A stretch of DNA of 64,000 nucleotides from Lama glama (Eukaryota): assembly GCA_028534125.1 (NCBI GenBank), contig CM052832.1:23190001-23254000 (forward strand). The letters run 5' to 3'. The position numbers and the translations under genes are program-made. The notes beneath the pieces were generated by a model. That model saw only the letters and a program-made list of their open reading frames with translations, had not been told where the DNA came from and made no database searches. This document shows, piece by piece, positions 33,816 to 48,125 of this stretch. How positions within the stretch are numbered: position 1 is the first letter of the stretch; each line of letters begins with the position of its first letter.

Positions 33816-36800
33816 TTAGGTGGCATGGGAGTACACAATGTCAGCCAGTGCTGGATCATTTTGCACATTTTGTGTGTGTACATGTCCCATTTCTATAATC
33901 TAAATGTCTCCATTTACCAGCTGTTCAAGGGTCACCCTCATCACTAATACTCAAATAAAATGACTCAAGCTACCATCTAATATAGTGAGAAATCCAATCA
34001 CCTCCCTGATATTTTTTTGAGGAATCCAAGAAGCATGTTTTTTTGGTTCAAATCACTCCAAGTTCCTACTGTTGCTGGTTTCTCAGTGCTACTTACCATC
34101 TTACTTCCTGCTAAAGCTGACCTCTTTCCTCATTCCCTCCCCTCATTTGGCTATAACCTTCTCCCTCCTTTCAGCACCCACAGCAACTCTATCACCACTA
34201 CTTCATGGAACAAACTTTACTAAAAGCTTAGGTTTAACAGAAGACTACCATTCCTAAAGAACAATTTATCACTGGGTATTAGGCATCACTAAGTCCTTAA
34301 AGTTTCTCTGTCCTGCTACAGGGGATTCCTGCTGGCTGTTTCTTTCCCTTAGTCAACAATTTTCTATGTTACTGCATCCAGCTAGATTTTTTTTTAGCAT
34401 CCTTTTTCTCCTCATAGCCCCAGGGTCCTCACCATCTTTCTACCAAGCTACCATTCAAGCAAGCTCATATTCCCTCAATTTTACTACACAAAGCAATTTA
34501 GTACTTTGGTCTCATCTTCTCCTCTAGATTATTCCAGAAGGCACAATCTTCTTTTTTTTTTAACTAAAATAATCCATCCAGTATTTTCCTAAGCAAAAGA
34601 TTCATTACCTTTAGCATTTGGCAGAAGCTTTGGAGTTACTGTTTTTCTTTGATTTGTCACAGACTGAGTTTATAGACTGTGATCCCTTCCCTCACCACTT
34701 TCTTATATATATATTTATTTATATATGTAATTTGTGTGTGTGTGTATTATACAGGCAGGAAATTATTGTCTGATATGTGGAAGAATAGTTAGAGCCACAA
34801 GGGACATGACAGGAAAGTTTTAGAGAGTTCATCGAGAAGAGACAGCTCAAAAGCATGTGGAGATAGCCTGAGAGAATTAAGCAATTCTAAGGAGCAGCCA
34901 GAGAAGGCTAATTGTTGGGCCAAAAGTGAAGTGGTTGAGCACTGAGCCATCAGAGAATGTCCCAAGGCCAGTTTCATTTAAGGCAATCTAAGATCTTTCC
35001 TCAAGCATTGAAAAATATTTACCAGGAAGGGATCTACGCTCCCAGGGAAGCTATGTAATACCAGACTCTGAGCTGGGTACTTATCCAACAAGCCTACGGA
35101 CAGGGTATGACAGAATTTTTCAGCCAAGATGCCTTCCAGACAGCCCATCTCTCCCCAGATTATAAAATCTTCCTAATCAGTTTTGGTAAAAGAAGGAAGG
35201 CAGCCTCCTATTCATGACCTTCAGGGTATTAACTAGCAAATCTGGCAACTCCAGACAGTACATATGAGTATATTTTGCACTGTTTGGCAGAGTACACCAC
35301 ATCAGAATGTTCCAGGAACAGGATATCTTGCCATGAGGGATGATCTAGAATTGGGGAGCTACAAGAGAACTGAAACAGTCATCTAATCCACTTCTCCATG
35401 ACATAAAGAAGTGGGGGCCCAAGGGGTAGATATTACTTTTTGAATGCTCTTGGCTTCTTAGTGGCTCAGCTGATACTTCTCGGTCTCCTGGCTTCCTGAT
35501 ATGGGATCTTTTGTGAACATACAAGCTGTCATAAAGTATACCTTTAATCTTTATTCTTCTTAATAGTAGAAGAAGCCTTAAGAGGTGAAATGGACAAGAC
35601 CATTTCAATAACATAATCATGCTGGAAAAGAAATACATTTCCTGACACAAGTGTTTCCTTTCTGGCTACACCGTCTTCTTTCTCCCTGATACCACGACCA
35701 TTCCCCCAGCCCTACCCCAACCCAGCATATATCGTAATGCCCCAAAATAGAGCATCTCTTCTACAACTGCCTGTGAAAACCGCCTAGAAAAGGGCAGTGT
35801 TTCAGTCTGACCCCAGAATGAATTAATAACAAAACTCAGAGCCCTGAATAAAACATGGCCTTAGTTTTGTTGACTTAAGAGATTTTATCCCAGCATATTT
35901 TCTAAACTATATCATCACCTCTAGATCTGCTACTTGCTCTGCTAAAAAGGTGAAATCAATGCCAACCTTGTCTATTAAACCACGAGCTTAGAAATTTTCC
36001 AGCATTTTGCTAAAATACCAGGCAATCCTCAAAGGAAGCTTATCTCAAACACCAAAAAAAAAAATAAAAATAAAAATAAAAAGCATAAACTTTCCAAGTC
36101 AGGCACAGTGAACACAACAGTGAATTGAGTGAAAGTCAGGAAGCCTAGAAATGGTGCCAGCTTGTTTGCTGACGAAGACACCGTACCAACAGGCCTTGCT
36201 TTCTTTACCCCAAATCAAGAACTAGACCAGCAATCCCTACAGTTCCTCTATCCACGAGTTTCTATGAATCTGCATAATCACATAGGTGGCCTCTGTGATA
36301 TCCTGGGTGATGCGACTTAGGTTGGGTCATCCTATGTCGTGCCTCCTTGGGCTACCGTGGCAAGGCATATGAAGAAAGTGAATGCTGCTAAGAAAAATTA
36401 ATGTTGCAAATTAGGATCACCCTCCTTCCCCAGGAGCCTGCTTTGCTTGGAAGGAAAGCCTCAGAAGCCCAGTGACTATGGGTCATTATGGAGGTTGTAG
36501 GCTTCTTTCCTCACAGCCCAGGTATTGCCTTGCCCGGCACAACAGGGGCCTCTTCAGATACTGGCTCGAAAGGGTACTCATCCCATCCAATCCCCAACAC
36601 TCTGCTTTCCTTGGAATTGTCTTTATGATCATTTAATTACAGCCCACCCTTGCTTATCTTAAATGAATGTGCCAGGCATGGCTACCCCTGGCCCAGAGCC
36701 AGAAAAATAAGGAGACAAACAACTCATGGCTTCTTTATACATGTCTTTCTGAGCAAAGAAGACGAGGCAGAAGAGAAGACTCAAAGAGGAAGATGCCATT

Positions 36801-37245
36801 GGAAATACCGATTGGAAGAACCAAAGGGAAGAAACGGCACTAATAACTTTTGACTGCTTATAAGTCAGGAATAGGTAGTCAGCTGGGAAGGAACTGACCC
36901 GTGGCCTCTCTACTGCTCAAATGTTAGATTAATTATGGAAGCTGATGGATAAGTTGTATGATTTGTCTAATAGAGCTTACATTTCCCAAGCACATGCATT
37001 CAGGGCCCTAATACTCAACACATAATTTGGTGGACTGTACTATGGCAGCCTCCCAACACGCTTCAACTTCTGATATGACAAACACATTGAAATCAGCATG
37101 GCCTTAAAAGAAGTGAACACATCACTGATAGTGGAGGATTTAGGATGCGTTCTTGCTGTAACAGAGCTCAAAGGTGGCAGAGGAGGTGGAAGTTCTGCTG
37201 TGCTTTTCCCCTTTCTCTTTCATCACAGAATTTGAGCACACCAAC

Positions 37246-37609
37246 TGTTATGGACTGAATGTTGGTGTCCCCCCAGTCGGATTTATATATTGAAGCTGTA
37301 ACTCCCAACGTGACATTATTTGGAGGTGGGGTATTCGGGAGATACCTAGGTTTAGATGAGGGCACTAAGGATGGGGCTACCATGATGGGATTAGTGTCCT
37401 TGTAAGAAGAGGAAAAGAGGTCAGTACTCTCTCAAAGAGGTCATGTGGGTGACAGTAGCCTATAAGCCAAGAGAAGAGGTCTCAACCTGAAACTTACTTC
37501 ACCAGGACCTTGATCTTAGACTTCACAGAACTATGAGAAATACATTTTCTATTGTTTGAACCATCCAGTGTATGGTATTTTGTTATGGCAGCCCAAACTA
37601 ATGAACACA
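37246..37609 (+). mobile_element. MLT1A-type MaLR solo LTR
   Basis: TG...CA ends; 'tgttatggactgaatg...atgatgggattagtgtccttgtaagaaga...tatggtattttgttatggcagcccaaacta'. Confidence 0.88.
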
Positions 37610-37959
37610 TCAAGACCCAGAAGTCACAGAACTTCAATTAAATTCTTTCCGGAGGCCTTCAGTGCATGACCCGGTGCATGGGTTGTCTTGAAGCCCGAGT
37701 TTAATCAACATCACAAAGCAGGTCAGATAAACCCCAAGGGTTGCAGGTTACTGAGTAGTTTCCCAAATAAACAGACCCCTGCTGCCTCCTCGTTCCTCTA
37801 GTTTCTAACGTGGAGCTGCTTTCACAGACCCTGAGGCAGGTCAGGGCTCCTCTGACTAACCTGGCCGTTGGCTTTTCCCTCACCATCTGCAGCACGCCGT
37901 TCCACACTGAGTTACATGCCATTGTGGACTTTTCATGTTTTTGTTTTGTGTCTTAAATT

Positions 37960-38090
37960 TCTCTTCTCCCTGAATATCAATTATAAGCACTTAAAAGGGA
38001 AGAGACCACATCTTATTTGGTTTCAGCCTCCACAAAGCCTGGCACAATACTTAGCATGTAACAGGGAATCAATACGTATTGGATTTATTG
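37960..38090 (+). mobile_element. L2 3' end
   Basis: 'aattataagcacttaaaagggaagagaccacatctt...cctggcacaatacttagcatgtaac...aatcaatacgtatt'. Confidence 0.6.
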
Positions 38091-39239
38091 ATCAGAAAAA
38101 GAGCAACAGTTTTTGTGGTCAGGTGAAGAGCAACCATTTGTCACAAGCCCCACCTGTGTCAAGAGAAGGCCTGCCACCTTTTGCAGACAGGAGGGAGCGC
38201 CTGGCCCTTGCTCAGCATCCCACCTAGTCCCAATAATTGCTCGTATTTGTCCAGCACTTCACAGCACATGAAGTGCCTTCAAACAGATTATTCCCACAGG
38301 TTTCTTTCCACACATCTGGCAAACATGATCCTCTGGTGGGAGCCTCTCACCTCAGGGTAGATGGAATCATAAAATCCACCTCATTAAACACCACCTCACT
38401 CTCTCCAGTGCTCTCAAACATTTCGTGTTCGAGGCCATCAAATCGAGCAGAATGTCCGTGATTAAAGTAAAAGCGCGCTGCTTTAAAAGTTCTAGTCACT
38501 CCCAGGTAGGAGTCCTAAGCAAGAACCTCTATACGTGGCCTGGACAAGGAAAATAACTTTAGAAAGCAGACGTGGTCAGCTTCCTCACATTCAAAACTCC
38601 CTCTTGACTGAGGGCTGCCTGGAGCCCTTAGTAACCCCAGGAAGGTTGGACAAGCTAGAACCCACCCCGGGGTGTAGCCTTTCACATAAGTTGGATGAGA
38701 AGGCTCTTGGAAATAGCTAAGCAGTTTTACCTCTTTCTTTTGCGAACGACAGAACCAGACAGCCTTTCAGGGAAAAATAAATCATAAGAGGGTAACATGG
38801 TGTTTTTAGCCAGAGGCATAGGTGCAGAAGAAGAAAGGGGTTGTCAGAATTCCTTTGTCCAAAATTACAAACAAACCACCAGTTTGTTACCCGCAGTGAG
38901 CGCTGTCACCAAGCAGGCCACCCCCACCCTGGAGAGCCAGGATCAGCCGTTGATTTCTCATCGAACCAAGAACCAACAGAACAGATTACTCCAGTTGAAA
39001 AACAGAGAGCCTCGCACTTAATAAACATAAGCATGTTTCATGAAACATCTGAAATGTTAATGTGTAAAACTGTACTGGGTCTTCGTGTCACATCTACTTC
39101 TTACTACAGTGGTGGACAAAAAATATTTGAAAGTTTTGCCCTGGCAGTAGCAAGGTTGCTGGTGGAATGGTACTTTTGCACCCTCTTTTTCACCCTGGTA
39201 TTAGCCCAGTGAAAGAGCTGTATTGTTTGCTTTCCAATA

Positions 39240-39492
39240 GAGCGGCTCTTGCCCCGGGAGCGGCCCGGGCAGGCTGGCGGAAGCCCTGGATTACAGCCTA
39301 TGAATCATGGCTGCATCATTGCTGAGTAGACGGGTTTTATAGGCAAGTTGCTCAACCTCTCAGAGTCTCGATTTCTACATCATTCTGTAGCGATACCTCC
39401 TATTTCATTCAAGAGTCTTGAAGATTAAAGAAGATATTGCCTACAAGGTCCCTAGCACCGTGCCCCGAGGATAAAGCTATACAATAAATGTG
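39240..39492 (+). mobile_element. MIR SINE
   Basis: 'ggcaagttgctcaacctctcagagtctcgatttc...cttgaagattaaagaagata...cctagcaccgtgcc...caataaatg'. Confidence 0.7.
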
Positions 39493-40414
39493 GCTTCCTG
39501 CCCGGTCCACACGCCCCACCCCACAGCACCCCTTCTGTAGGGCTTTAGGGATGGCCTCCGCTTTCTCCCTCCTTTCTTGGGAGGGGCTCTGTCGACCCTG
39601 AAAAATACTACCTAACAATCCAAGCGAGTCATCTTCAGAAGCAGTCACTGAACCGAAATGAGGCAAACCTATAATTCACTCAAGTGTTCAGAAACAGGTG
39701 TCTCGAAGAATATATGAAACAAGACCTCTGGAAGGACTCTTATTTGTCTTGGCTTGCCCAGGGTCGAGGCCTGAGAGAAGTGTTTTCTTAGATGAACAGT
39801 TTCAGTGCCTTCAGGGTCTCGGAAAAGCATCAGTCGCATATTCTAAGCGATAAAAACAGCTTCTGTATCTCCTCTGTGGGACTCCGCATTCCTGGGGACC
39901 ACGTGGTTTCCACAGCGCCCAGGAAGGACTCTCCGTAAATATTCACTAGGGAGAAACAGACCAGGAAAAGCTCCACTCTTCTCCTTTTCTGGTTTAGTCG
40001 TTTAATTCCGAAAGGTCAAAGGCCTTTGTGTTTCATCTGTTCCTATGGAAACACCTCAGTGAGGATGAGCTCTGTCTTAGCCTGTTTCAAACTCTCAGTC
40101 AGGTGTTAAGTTTTCTAGCTATGAAAGATCAACAGTCCCAAATTCCAATACCCTGAGGGAAGCAGGTTAATCACAGGTGGCTGCGTCACCCATCCTGATG
40201 GGATTTTCACAGCAATATTTCCTCTCAGAAACTTCTCGTTCCTCTCATCAACAATACTGTCTGTTCTCACTGTCGCTGTCTTTCCCTGGCTCTCCCCCCT
40301 TGTTAGTTCTTTCCTGAAACTTCCCCAGCTCCCTCTTTTTTAATATCTCTATTGATCTATATATATTTATGTAATACATAAATTTAATCTAAATCACTAT
40401 AAAATGAGCTTGCT

Positions 40415-40502
40415 ACTTTTTTTTGGTCTGCTTTTCACTGAAGTATATAGTTGATTTACAATGTTGTGTTAGTTTCTGGTGTACAGCATAGTGATTCAGT
40501 TT

Positions 40503-40542
<40 letters not shown>

Positions 40543-40650
40543 CTTTTTCATATTCTATTTCATTATAGGTAATGACAACCTATTGACTGTTGTTGCTCTA
40601 CAGTAGGTCCTTGTTGTTTATCTATTTTGCAGATGGTAGTTTGTCTCTGA
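40415..40650 (-). mobile_element. Artiodactyl L1 3' end containing (TA)13 at 40511-40536
   Basis: 'tgaagtatatagttgatttacaatgttgtgttagtttctggtgtacagcatagtgattcag...cagtaggtccttgttgtttatctatttt'. Confidence 0.85.
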
Positions 40651-42179
40651 GGTCTCGGCAGAACACTTCTACTTGTCTCTGCATTACCAGCTATCTTGCT
40701 GGCACCTCTCCCAGATCCCTTACTACGTTCTGACGTGTGTTACAATTACCTCCCCCCGAGGCAGTGAGCGCCTTGAGAGGAGTGGACTGTGTCTCAACTG
40801 TTATCACGCCTCCCCTGAGCTTCGTTCAGAACACAGTGCCTGACCCGTCATCAACAGTCAACACAGGCTGTTGAACTGGCTGGACCAGAGCTCCCTGTAC
40901 CACTGCAGTTGTTCCTCTGTGCCTAATACCAAGTCCAGGGACTTCTTACTTCTCCATAATATCAGGAAAGAGCACTTTAAGACAGGAAAGAAACAGAAGG
41001 TCCAGAGAAGAAAGGAAACTAGAGAGAAACTGAAAAGCTTCCTTCTGGAACATTCTGAGCTGTACTCCATCTCCCCGTCTGCCACGTCCGCCTGTTAGCC
41101 TAGCGCTGTGCCACCTCTTTGCCTTGACTGAGATACTGGTTTTACCTGAAGAGCAACTCACTCACTCTGGAGCTTTCAAAGTCTTCCTGGATCGCTAATG
41201 AGAACGACACTGCATTTCAATTTAGAATCCTTTTTACCATAATCCCAAAGCATTTTCTAACTAAAGAACCAGTCTTGATTAAATCACATTTTCCCTTTGC
41301 CTCCCGCCTACAATTTCTGAACATTCAGGTCTTTGGAGGCAGGCTGAGCTGAGACCCTGAAAAAGGGGAGGGCGTCCTGCCCAGGCGTGACTGCCCACAC
41401 TGTTCTCTCTGAGCATCCCCCCTTCCTCTGGTCACTTGCAGGCTGGTCCGGCAGCTGCGACTGTCACCAGTTTAATGCATGTCGTTGCCTGGGAAGCAAT
41501 GCTGGGAACCTTTTTGCAGCGGCTGGAACAATGTTGCTGACATATGTTCCCACGGCCAGAACAATGACGAGGCTCCTTTCAATTCTGTTTCTTCCCTTGC
41601 AGGTTTGGAGAATGCTCTTTGTGAGGCCTGGCTGAGTCACAGATGGACAGAGGGCTCGGGACTGGCGCCCTCCTGTCCCTCCCCACTGGGTTGCCTAAGG
41701 CATTTGCATATGGTGAATCCTCCTGCCAGGCTCTTTACAAAACCAAAAAGAAGGGCTTTTTTTTTTTTCCTTTTCAGGGCCAGGTGGCTTTGCCGATTAG
41801 AATTTGTTCCGTTAGCAAGAGCAGCCTAAGGAGATTAGACAGACAGGCCAATCTCCCTCCACAACGATTTGGTTCTACCCAGGGCTTATTTGATGAGGCC
41901 GAGTAGCCCCGGGGCCTCCGTGGCTGCATTTGAATTCAGTCTGGCCAGCAGTCTGCACTTCTCACAGGCGGTGGGAACTAAGGCTTTAAACAAGTCACAG
42001 AACTTTGCAGAGACCTCACCCTGGCTTGAGCGACTAGGATACTACGTGGGGACTGTCACCTCTATTAGGGTTCTTCTCCTCTTCCAATATATCTGGAAAA
42101 ATACATGATACATCCCAGACTCTCATACATGTCCTCAAAACCAAAGGCACAGTGAGGTGTTTATTCATATCCATCATGG

Positions 42180-42660
42180 TTCATGGCCCCACCTTGGGCC
42201 CAGCTTCTGAAACAGAAGCTGGAAGTCATTCCAGTTGCTTCACTTTCCCCCATATAGAGTGGATTAATTCTATCTTAATGGCTCTCTTCCTCTTCATTTC
42301 TTCTTCATCCTGTTGTTCCTAAACTATATGCAGCTGATTGTATTAGGTTCATTGCTTTTCTTCCTGCCTCTCCCGGAACCTCCTTCCACAAAGCTGTCAG
42401 AATCATTTTCCTAACATTCAAGTCCAATTTCATCAGCCCCTTGCTCAAAACTCTTCAGCAATGCCCATTCATCTTGGCGATAAAAGCCGTCTTCTTCCGG
42501 TGGCTTCAGGGTTTGGTTCTTTCCTACCTGTCCAACCACCCTTATGTCCCGACTTCTCCCAGGATTCCAGTAACTCTAAATGGCTTTGTGCTCAGCATCC
42601 CTGCTAGGCTCTTACATACCTCCATGGTGCTCTTTTCGCTAGAATGCATCTACACTTTGG
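42180..42660 (+). mobile_element. L2 LINE fragment
   Basis: 'ccttccacaaagctgtcagaatcattttcctaa...cccttgctcaaaactcttcagcaatgcccatt'. Confidence 0.6.
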
Positions 42661-42829
42661 CTTGTTCCCTGTTCTCAAGATCACCAAATATTGAACTGAC
42701 TTGCCTAATTTCATTCTGCTCCCCGTGCCCAAACCAGGACACGTGTTAGTCCATACTTCTCCATGTTGTTTCTTTCATTGGTCAAGAGTAGCAGAAACTT
42801 GAGAAGAAGTTCATTTTCCCCACTCTGCC

Positions 42830-43084
42830 ATCCCCAAACAAGAAAACCTTGAGGGATATCCCACAGGGTAGAACCTGAGAGTGAAGATGACGAGGTGGCA
42901 GGCACAACAGAGGCAAAGAGGAACTGGGTCCTTGGTAACTTTGAGTGACTGAATCAAGCCTGTCTGGAAACCTGCTTTCTATCAGGACTTTTCAAGTTCA
43001 TCAGCCAACAAATTCCCAGTATTGTTTAAACCTGTTTGAACTGAGTTTTCCATTTCTTAAACACAGAGAAGCTTATCTGATACA
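42830..43084 (+). mobile_element. Old MaLR LTR (MLT1J/K-like)
   Basis: 'aggaactgggtccttggtaactttgagtgactgaatcaagcc...ttgtttaaacctgtttgaactgagttttc...ctgataca'. Confidence 0.6.
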
Positions 43085-43338
43085 GCAGGAACTAATAGCA
43101 TTCTCTTTGAAAGAAGTAGCTTTCTTTAGAATAAATGTTAAAATAATATAAAACCAAGGGAGCTCAATAAATGCAGCATTGAATAGAGCCAAGAAGCATG
43201 AATTCTATGAAAACTACCCTGTAACTTCTAGGGGCCCTATTGTCTCATGTTTTATTCTTCTGCCTATAAACTGAGTCTATTCCTACCAACACCTTCCTTA
43301 ATTTATAACACAGTTGATAGTAATAAAGTCTGGCAAGA

Positions 43339-43689
43339 TGTTTTAGTCTATTCTGGCTGCTATAGCAAAATGCCACAGACTTATCAACAACAGAAATTTA
43401 CTTGTCATCATTCTGGAGGCTGGAAGCTCCGAAGTCAGGGTGCCAATATAGTAGGGTTCTGGTGAAAACTCTCTTCCAGGTTGCAGACTGCCAGCTTCTC
43501 ACTGTGTCTTCACATGGTAGAGGGTCAAGCTAGCTCTCTGGGGTCACTTTCATAAGGGCACTAATCCCATTCATGAGGGCTCCACCCTCATGACCTAATC
43601 ATCTTCCAAAGGCCCACCTCCAAATACCATCACCCTGTGCATTAGGTTTCCAATATATGAATCTCAACATATAAATTCAGACCATAGCA
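43339..43689 (-). mobile_element. MLT1A-type MaLR solo LTR
   Basis: TG...CA ends; 'ggcactaatcccattcatgagggctccaccctcatgacctaatcatcttccaaaggccc'; flanks caaga/gaaga (4 of 5 TSD match). Confidence 0.9.
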
Positions 43690-43807
43690 GAAGAGCTCTG
43701 CTCTTCCTTCATATATGCATTTAGTCATCAAAAAAAGCTTAGAGTACTTACTGTGTGCTTGGTAGTAGGTATTATATGTGTAGAAAAACTTGAGACATAC
43801 TCTAGGC

Positions 43808-44032
43808 TAGGGTTTGGCAAAGTAGAGCTCACAGGCCAAATCTGGCCCCCTTTGCTGTTTTTGTAAATAAAGTTTTATTGGCACACAGCTGCACCTATGT
43901 GTTTACATATTGTCTGTGGCTGCCTTCACACTACAACAACAGAGTTGAGAAGTTGCCACAGAAACCATATGGCCTCCAAAGCCTAAAATATTTACTATCT
44001 GGCATTTGACAGAAAAAGTTTGCCAACCTCTG
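43808..44032 (-). mobile_element. MER58A (hAT-Charlie)
   Basis: TIRs 'tagggtttggcaaa' and 'tttgccaacctctg'; 'tttgtaaataaagttttattgg'. Confidence 0.88.
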
Positions 44033-45849
44033 CTTGAGGCTCTTCATCACAGCTAAACGTTCTGGTTACAATAAACCTCCCTTTTCTGGAGAGCTGGAGT
44101 GAAGTATACTCCACCAACTTTTGTGTAACACGGTCCCTAATATCAAATTCCACTCCTCCCAAAAAAGCATGGGGGAGAAAGAAAAACAATGGTTTTAAAC
44201 ATACATTCAGTTGAATGCATTTGGAGTTTCCAGAATCAATTGGTACCACAGATGAGATGCAGACCCCGTGAGTCATCATTAGGCTCCTCCTTGAGAGATG
44301 GGCAAAAACCACCCCAGCTGGTGTCAATGAAAAACTAAGTGCAGACAATGTGACTCATTAACAAAGAAGAGAGTTTTCTTTTGTTTTGTTTTTTCTCCTC
44401 CATCCTTCCCCTTGGTGTAGTTTAGTTCTCAGAACAATGATCTGATTTCAAGAAACTATAGTCCAGGATTAGAAAAGAAAAATAAACCCAGCCCATGTCT
44501 AAGTATTAATCCAAAGGCTGACGTCTAGAAATGAGGTTCCTGGTTTAATTTTTTCTATATTGCTCTGTGCTGACCCATAGGTAAGCTTCTAGACTAAGTT
44601 TCCTCCTCTTCATTGTGCACTGGAGGCTTTTTCCAAGCTCTTTTCAGTTGCTAGAGGGATTAACCCCATAATCACTCACATTATTGTACAGTGGAGTACA
44701 AATAGCCCAGACACCTTGAATCCAGTAGACACCTGTGTAAATCTGTTTTGCCACTAATAACGTATACAGTGGAAAAGAGGGTATTCGTCTTCTCTGAACC
44801 GTGAGTGCCTCAACAGTGTGCAGAATGCTAACTCCTGTTTTCTAGACCTGTGGTCACATGTGAAAGTATCTAACACAATCGCAGGCACAGAGCTGTTTTC
44901 CAGTAAGTGAGACGTTCTTTCCTCTTTCCTTCATCCTTCTATACCTAAGAAACTAGAAAGTATACGCTAATCTGAACAACAGAATCACAACTTCCTACTA
45001 TTCTGAGTCTTTCCTGTGTTAAAGGATAAACAAAAGTTAAAAGTTGAGAGATATGAAGAGATTTATTTGTGTTCTGAGACTTTCTCCCCTCCAACCCCAC
45101 CATTATCTCCACTCCCAACCCCAAGATTACAGATGAGAATAGGTTTCTACTTCTAAATGAATAGAATGCTGCAGGCATCAATCAGTAGTAACCACGAATG
45201 GAAACTTGGCCACTAGTACCCTCTCCGAGGCTGTCTGACACATTTGGATCTAATTGGCAGTCTGCTTTAGAGCAGCCAAAAAATATAGTGTCATACACAT
45301 AGCAGATCAAAGTAGAGGCAAACTTGCTAGCAGCCACGGGGCTTTGACTGCCAAAATTAGACAGGCAAGTCTGCGGGTTTTGTTTAGGGACAGGTAAGTG
45401 CTCACTAGCTTATTTAGAGAAACCTCTAGAAGACCCTGATTTAGCTAGTTTGAACCCAAAACTTGAAGGTACAGTAAAAAACATTCAGCATAGCTGGCCA
45501 CTTGGGTGGTCAGAAGGAGAGATCATGTTCTTATGTTCATCCTGCCACCACGCACATTGGAAACTAGTTAATATTCTCTTCTGGGCTTCCAGGTCATGAG
45601 TAAGAAATGAGTTTTCAGTAAGAAATATGCCTTAGCCCTAAGCTCATAATTGTCAGCTATACCTAAACACACTCTTAAATCCATTATTTGTAGGAGAAAG
45701 CAAAATTTTCCCTCTTACTAAAAACTAACAAAAAAAAAATGCTTTCTTCTAATTCCAGCATTATGCAGAAATACCAGTTGACCAGAATTTAAAGGATAAA
45801 TGTTCCCACTGAACACTGTTAATCTTTGTACTGTCACAGCCTCCTAAAG

Positions 45850-45982
45850 ATTGTGAAAACCTCTTTTCAGAAAAATACATATGCAGCACAATTTTACATA
45901 CAATTCTAGTACTGCCAGGCTTCCTGAGAACCTCCCAGGGACCCCCTTGGGCTCTATACTTCCTGGATTAAAGATTATTGTT
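45850..45982. mobile_element. hAT-Charlie MITE (MER117-like)
   Basis: 'tcagaaaaatacatatgc...caattttacatacaattc...ggattaaagattattg'; inverted relative of 19172-19330. Confidence 0.4.
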
Positions 45983-46189
45983 TTAAATCTATTAAACAGA
46001 AAAATAAAACCATTTACCAAATGATGGCTTACCACTATAGGTCTGTCATTATTTAGAATTTATGACAGTCATAATCAATTGCCCATTCCTACAAGGATGT
46101 GTAGCTCACCAATCAAAAATTACTGCCTTCATCTAATATTGTCCCACTGTCAGAACCCCTCAGGATTCCTGATCATTTAATTCACTCAT

Positions 46190-48125
46190 CTAAATGTGAA
46201 TGGACAGCCAAGAAGCATCAAACATTTGAGAGAAGCAAACTATGGCAAACTTTTTTACAGGTAAAATTCTAACTAGTATCCTTAGAGAGATTAGAATAGA
46301 TATGATGTCCCTAACAGGATGCTATGGAAAAGGAGAATAGGAAAATAAAAAATAACTCCTGGGGATTAAAAACGTGATTGCAAAGATGCACAATAAAAGA
46401 GAACAGTTGAAAAGTAACAGTAAAAGAAGCTTCCCATAAAGGAGAACAGAAAGACGGAAACCATGGGAGGAAAGATGAAGCATGTGGGATCAAAACAGAG
46501 GATTTCATACCTAACAGGAGTTTAATAAGAGAAGATGGAGGCAAAGAAATAATAGAAGGAAATTTCCTGGGGCTTAAGAAGAAAATGTGTCTTCACACGG
46601 AAAAGATTTATCAGCTAAGAAGGAGGATGAAGGAAAAGTACTTGTAACTATAAACATTACTGTGGAAGTTAAAAACAGAGAAAAAACAAGTCTGCTACAA
46701 ATGAACTAGATTTTGGAAGATATGGAATTAATGTCTTCAGAATTCTGAGGGAAAAGAATTTACAATCTAAAATTCAATACCGAGCCAAACTCTCTGTTGT
46801 GAGGGACGGCTAAAGAAATTTCAGACAAGCAATGACTAGGAAAGTTTGCCTTCCACACATTTTAGTTGAAGACTTACTCCAGCAAAGCAAGGGGCTAAAC
46901 CAAAAAAAAAGAAGACATGCGATCCAGGAAAGAGTAGGTCAGAAGCAGCAGCAGGAAGAGAGGTCTCAGCATGACAGCCCTGGAGCTGAGGCAGGGAAAA
47001 GGGAGGCTCTGGAGGGAGGTCACTGAGGGAAGAGTCAACACCGTAAAATAGACGGGATTTGAGAAGAAGGACTTGAATATGCAATAAAATTCACAAGTGT
47101 AATAAAAAAAACCATAAAATATACTCAGGGAAAAGCAAAAAGTTGGCCAATGTACTCATAGAAAGGAAATCAACAATTAGAGCAGCACCTTGATGGATTC
47201 TGAAACAAAGAACAGAATAAGCTTTAAGCGAAATACAGAAATGATTAAGGATATTAAAAATGATAATGATCTAATGACCAATTAATGTTTCTTTTATCAG
47301 GTAGAGAAAGGAAAGACACTCAGAAACTCCAGGAGAAACAAAAAGTATGGAAAGCGTAGCATTTTTAACAATTGCTGAAGGACTAGGAAGAACAATCCAC
47401 CTGAGCATTCACCTTTGTTTCTCTTATTAAGGAAATATAATCAAACCACACAGCTTGACTCTTACAAATAAATATTTACAAAAGTGAAAATATTTACTAG
47501 GTTTCCATTTTTAGACTCAAACTATTGAAAATGAAAGCATAAAGACAAAATCAAAAAACAAGTATTTTCTGTCTTGAAAAGTATTGATAATAGAAATAAA
47601 AATAACAGTAATAACAACTTATTGAGAACTTATTATGGATCAGATACTGAAGCTAGAAACAGCCTCTGTTCCTATTTTACAGATAGGAAAAGCAAGGCAT
47701 AGTGTGGTTACATAACTTGCCCAAGGTCACACAGATAGTAATGAGTCGGTCAAACCTAAAGATGATTTGGCTTCAGAAGCAGAGTTCATAACCACTACAC
47801 TGTACTTCCTCTTTCGTTTTTACTAAAAACATTAAAAGTATAACTGATAGATTTTACAAATTAAATTGAGAGAGGGTGAGGAGGAGAGGTAGAAGCAAGG
47901 ATAGGGATGTTCATCGCCTTTTTATAAAGTAGGGAGTCAAGAGATACTGTCTATATTTGATGGAAAGAGGAATGGAGGTTTTAATTCTTAATATTGGAAA
48001 AGTAAGCAAGAAAGGAATTAATAGAAAGGATGTAACCACATTGGGAGGAGGTAGGAAAGATGGGAGGAAGAGGAATTTGTATAAGTGAGCTAAATCCTCA
48101 AGATATCAGTTGATACTGTGGTTAC
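46190..48125 (+). mobile_element. HAL1 / ancient L1 ORF1-like element, decayed, with a MIR inserted at ~47595-47810
   Basis: 'aatgtcttcagaattctgagggaaaagaatttacaatctaaaattcaataccgagccaaactctct' is the ORF1 C-terminal motif (FKILRE..RILYPAKLS-like); HAL1-like 3' 'agggagtcaagagatactgtcta'. Confidence 0.65.
47595..47810 (-). mobile_element. MIR SINE
   Basis: 'cctattttacagataggaaaagcaaggcatagtgtggttacataacttgcccaaggtcacacagatagta'. Confidence 0.8.

Noticed and set aside
41585..41720. Plus-strand exon after a strong acceptor (tttcttcccttgcAG)
   Set aside because: No convincing donor, no recognisable peptide, and opposite to the inferred transcription direction
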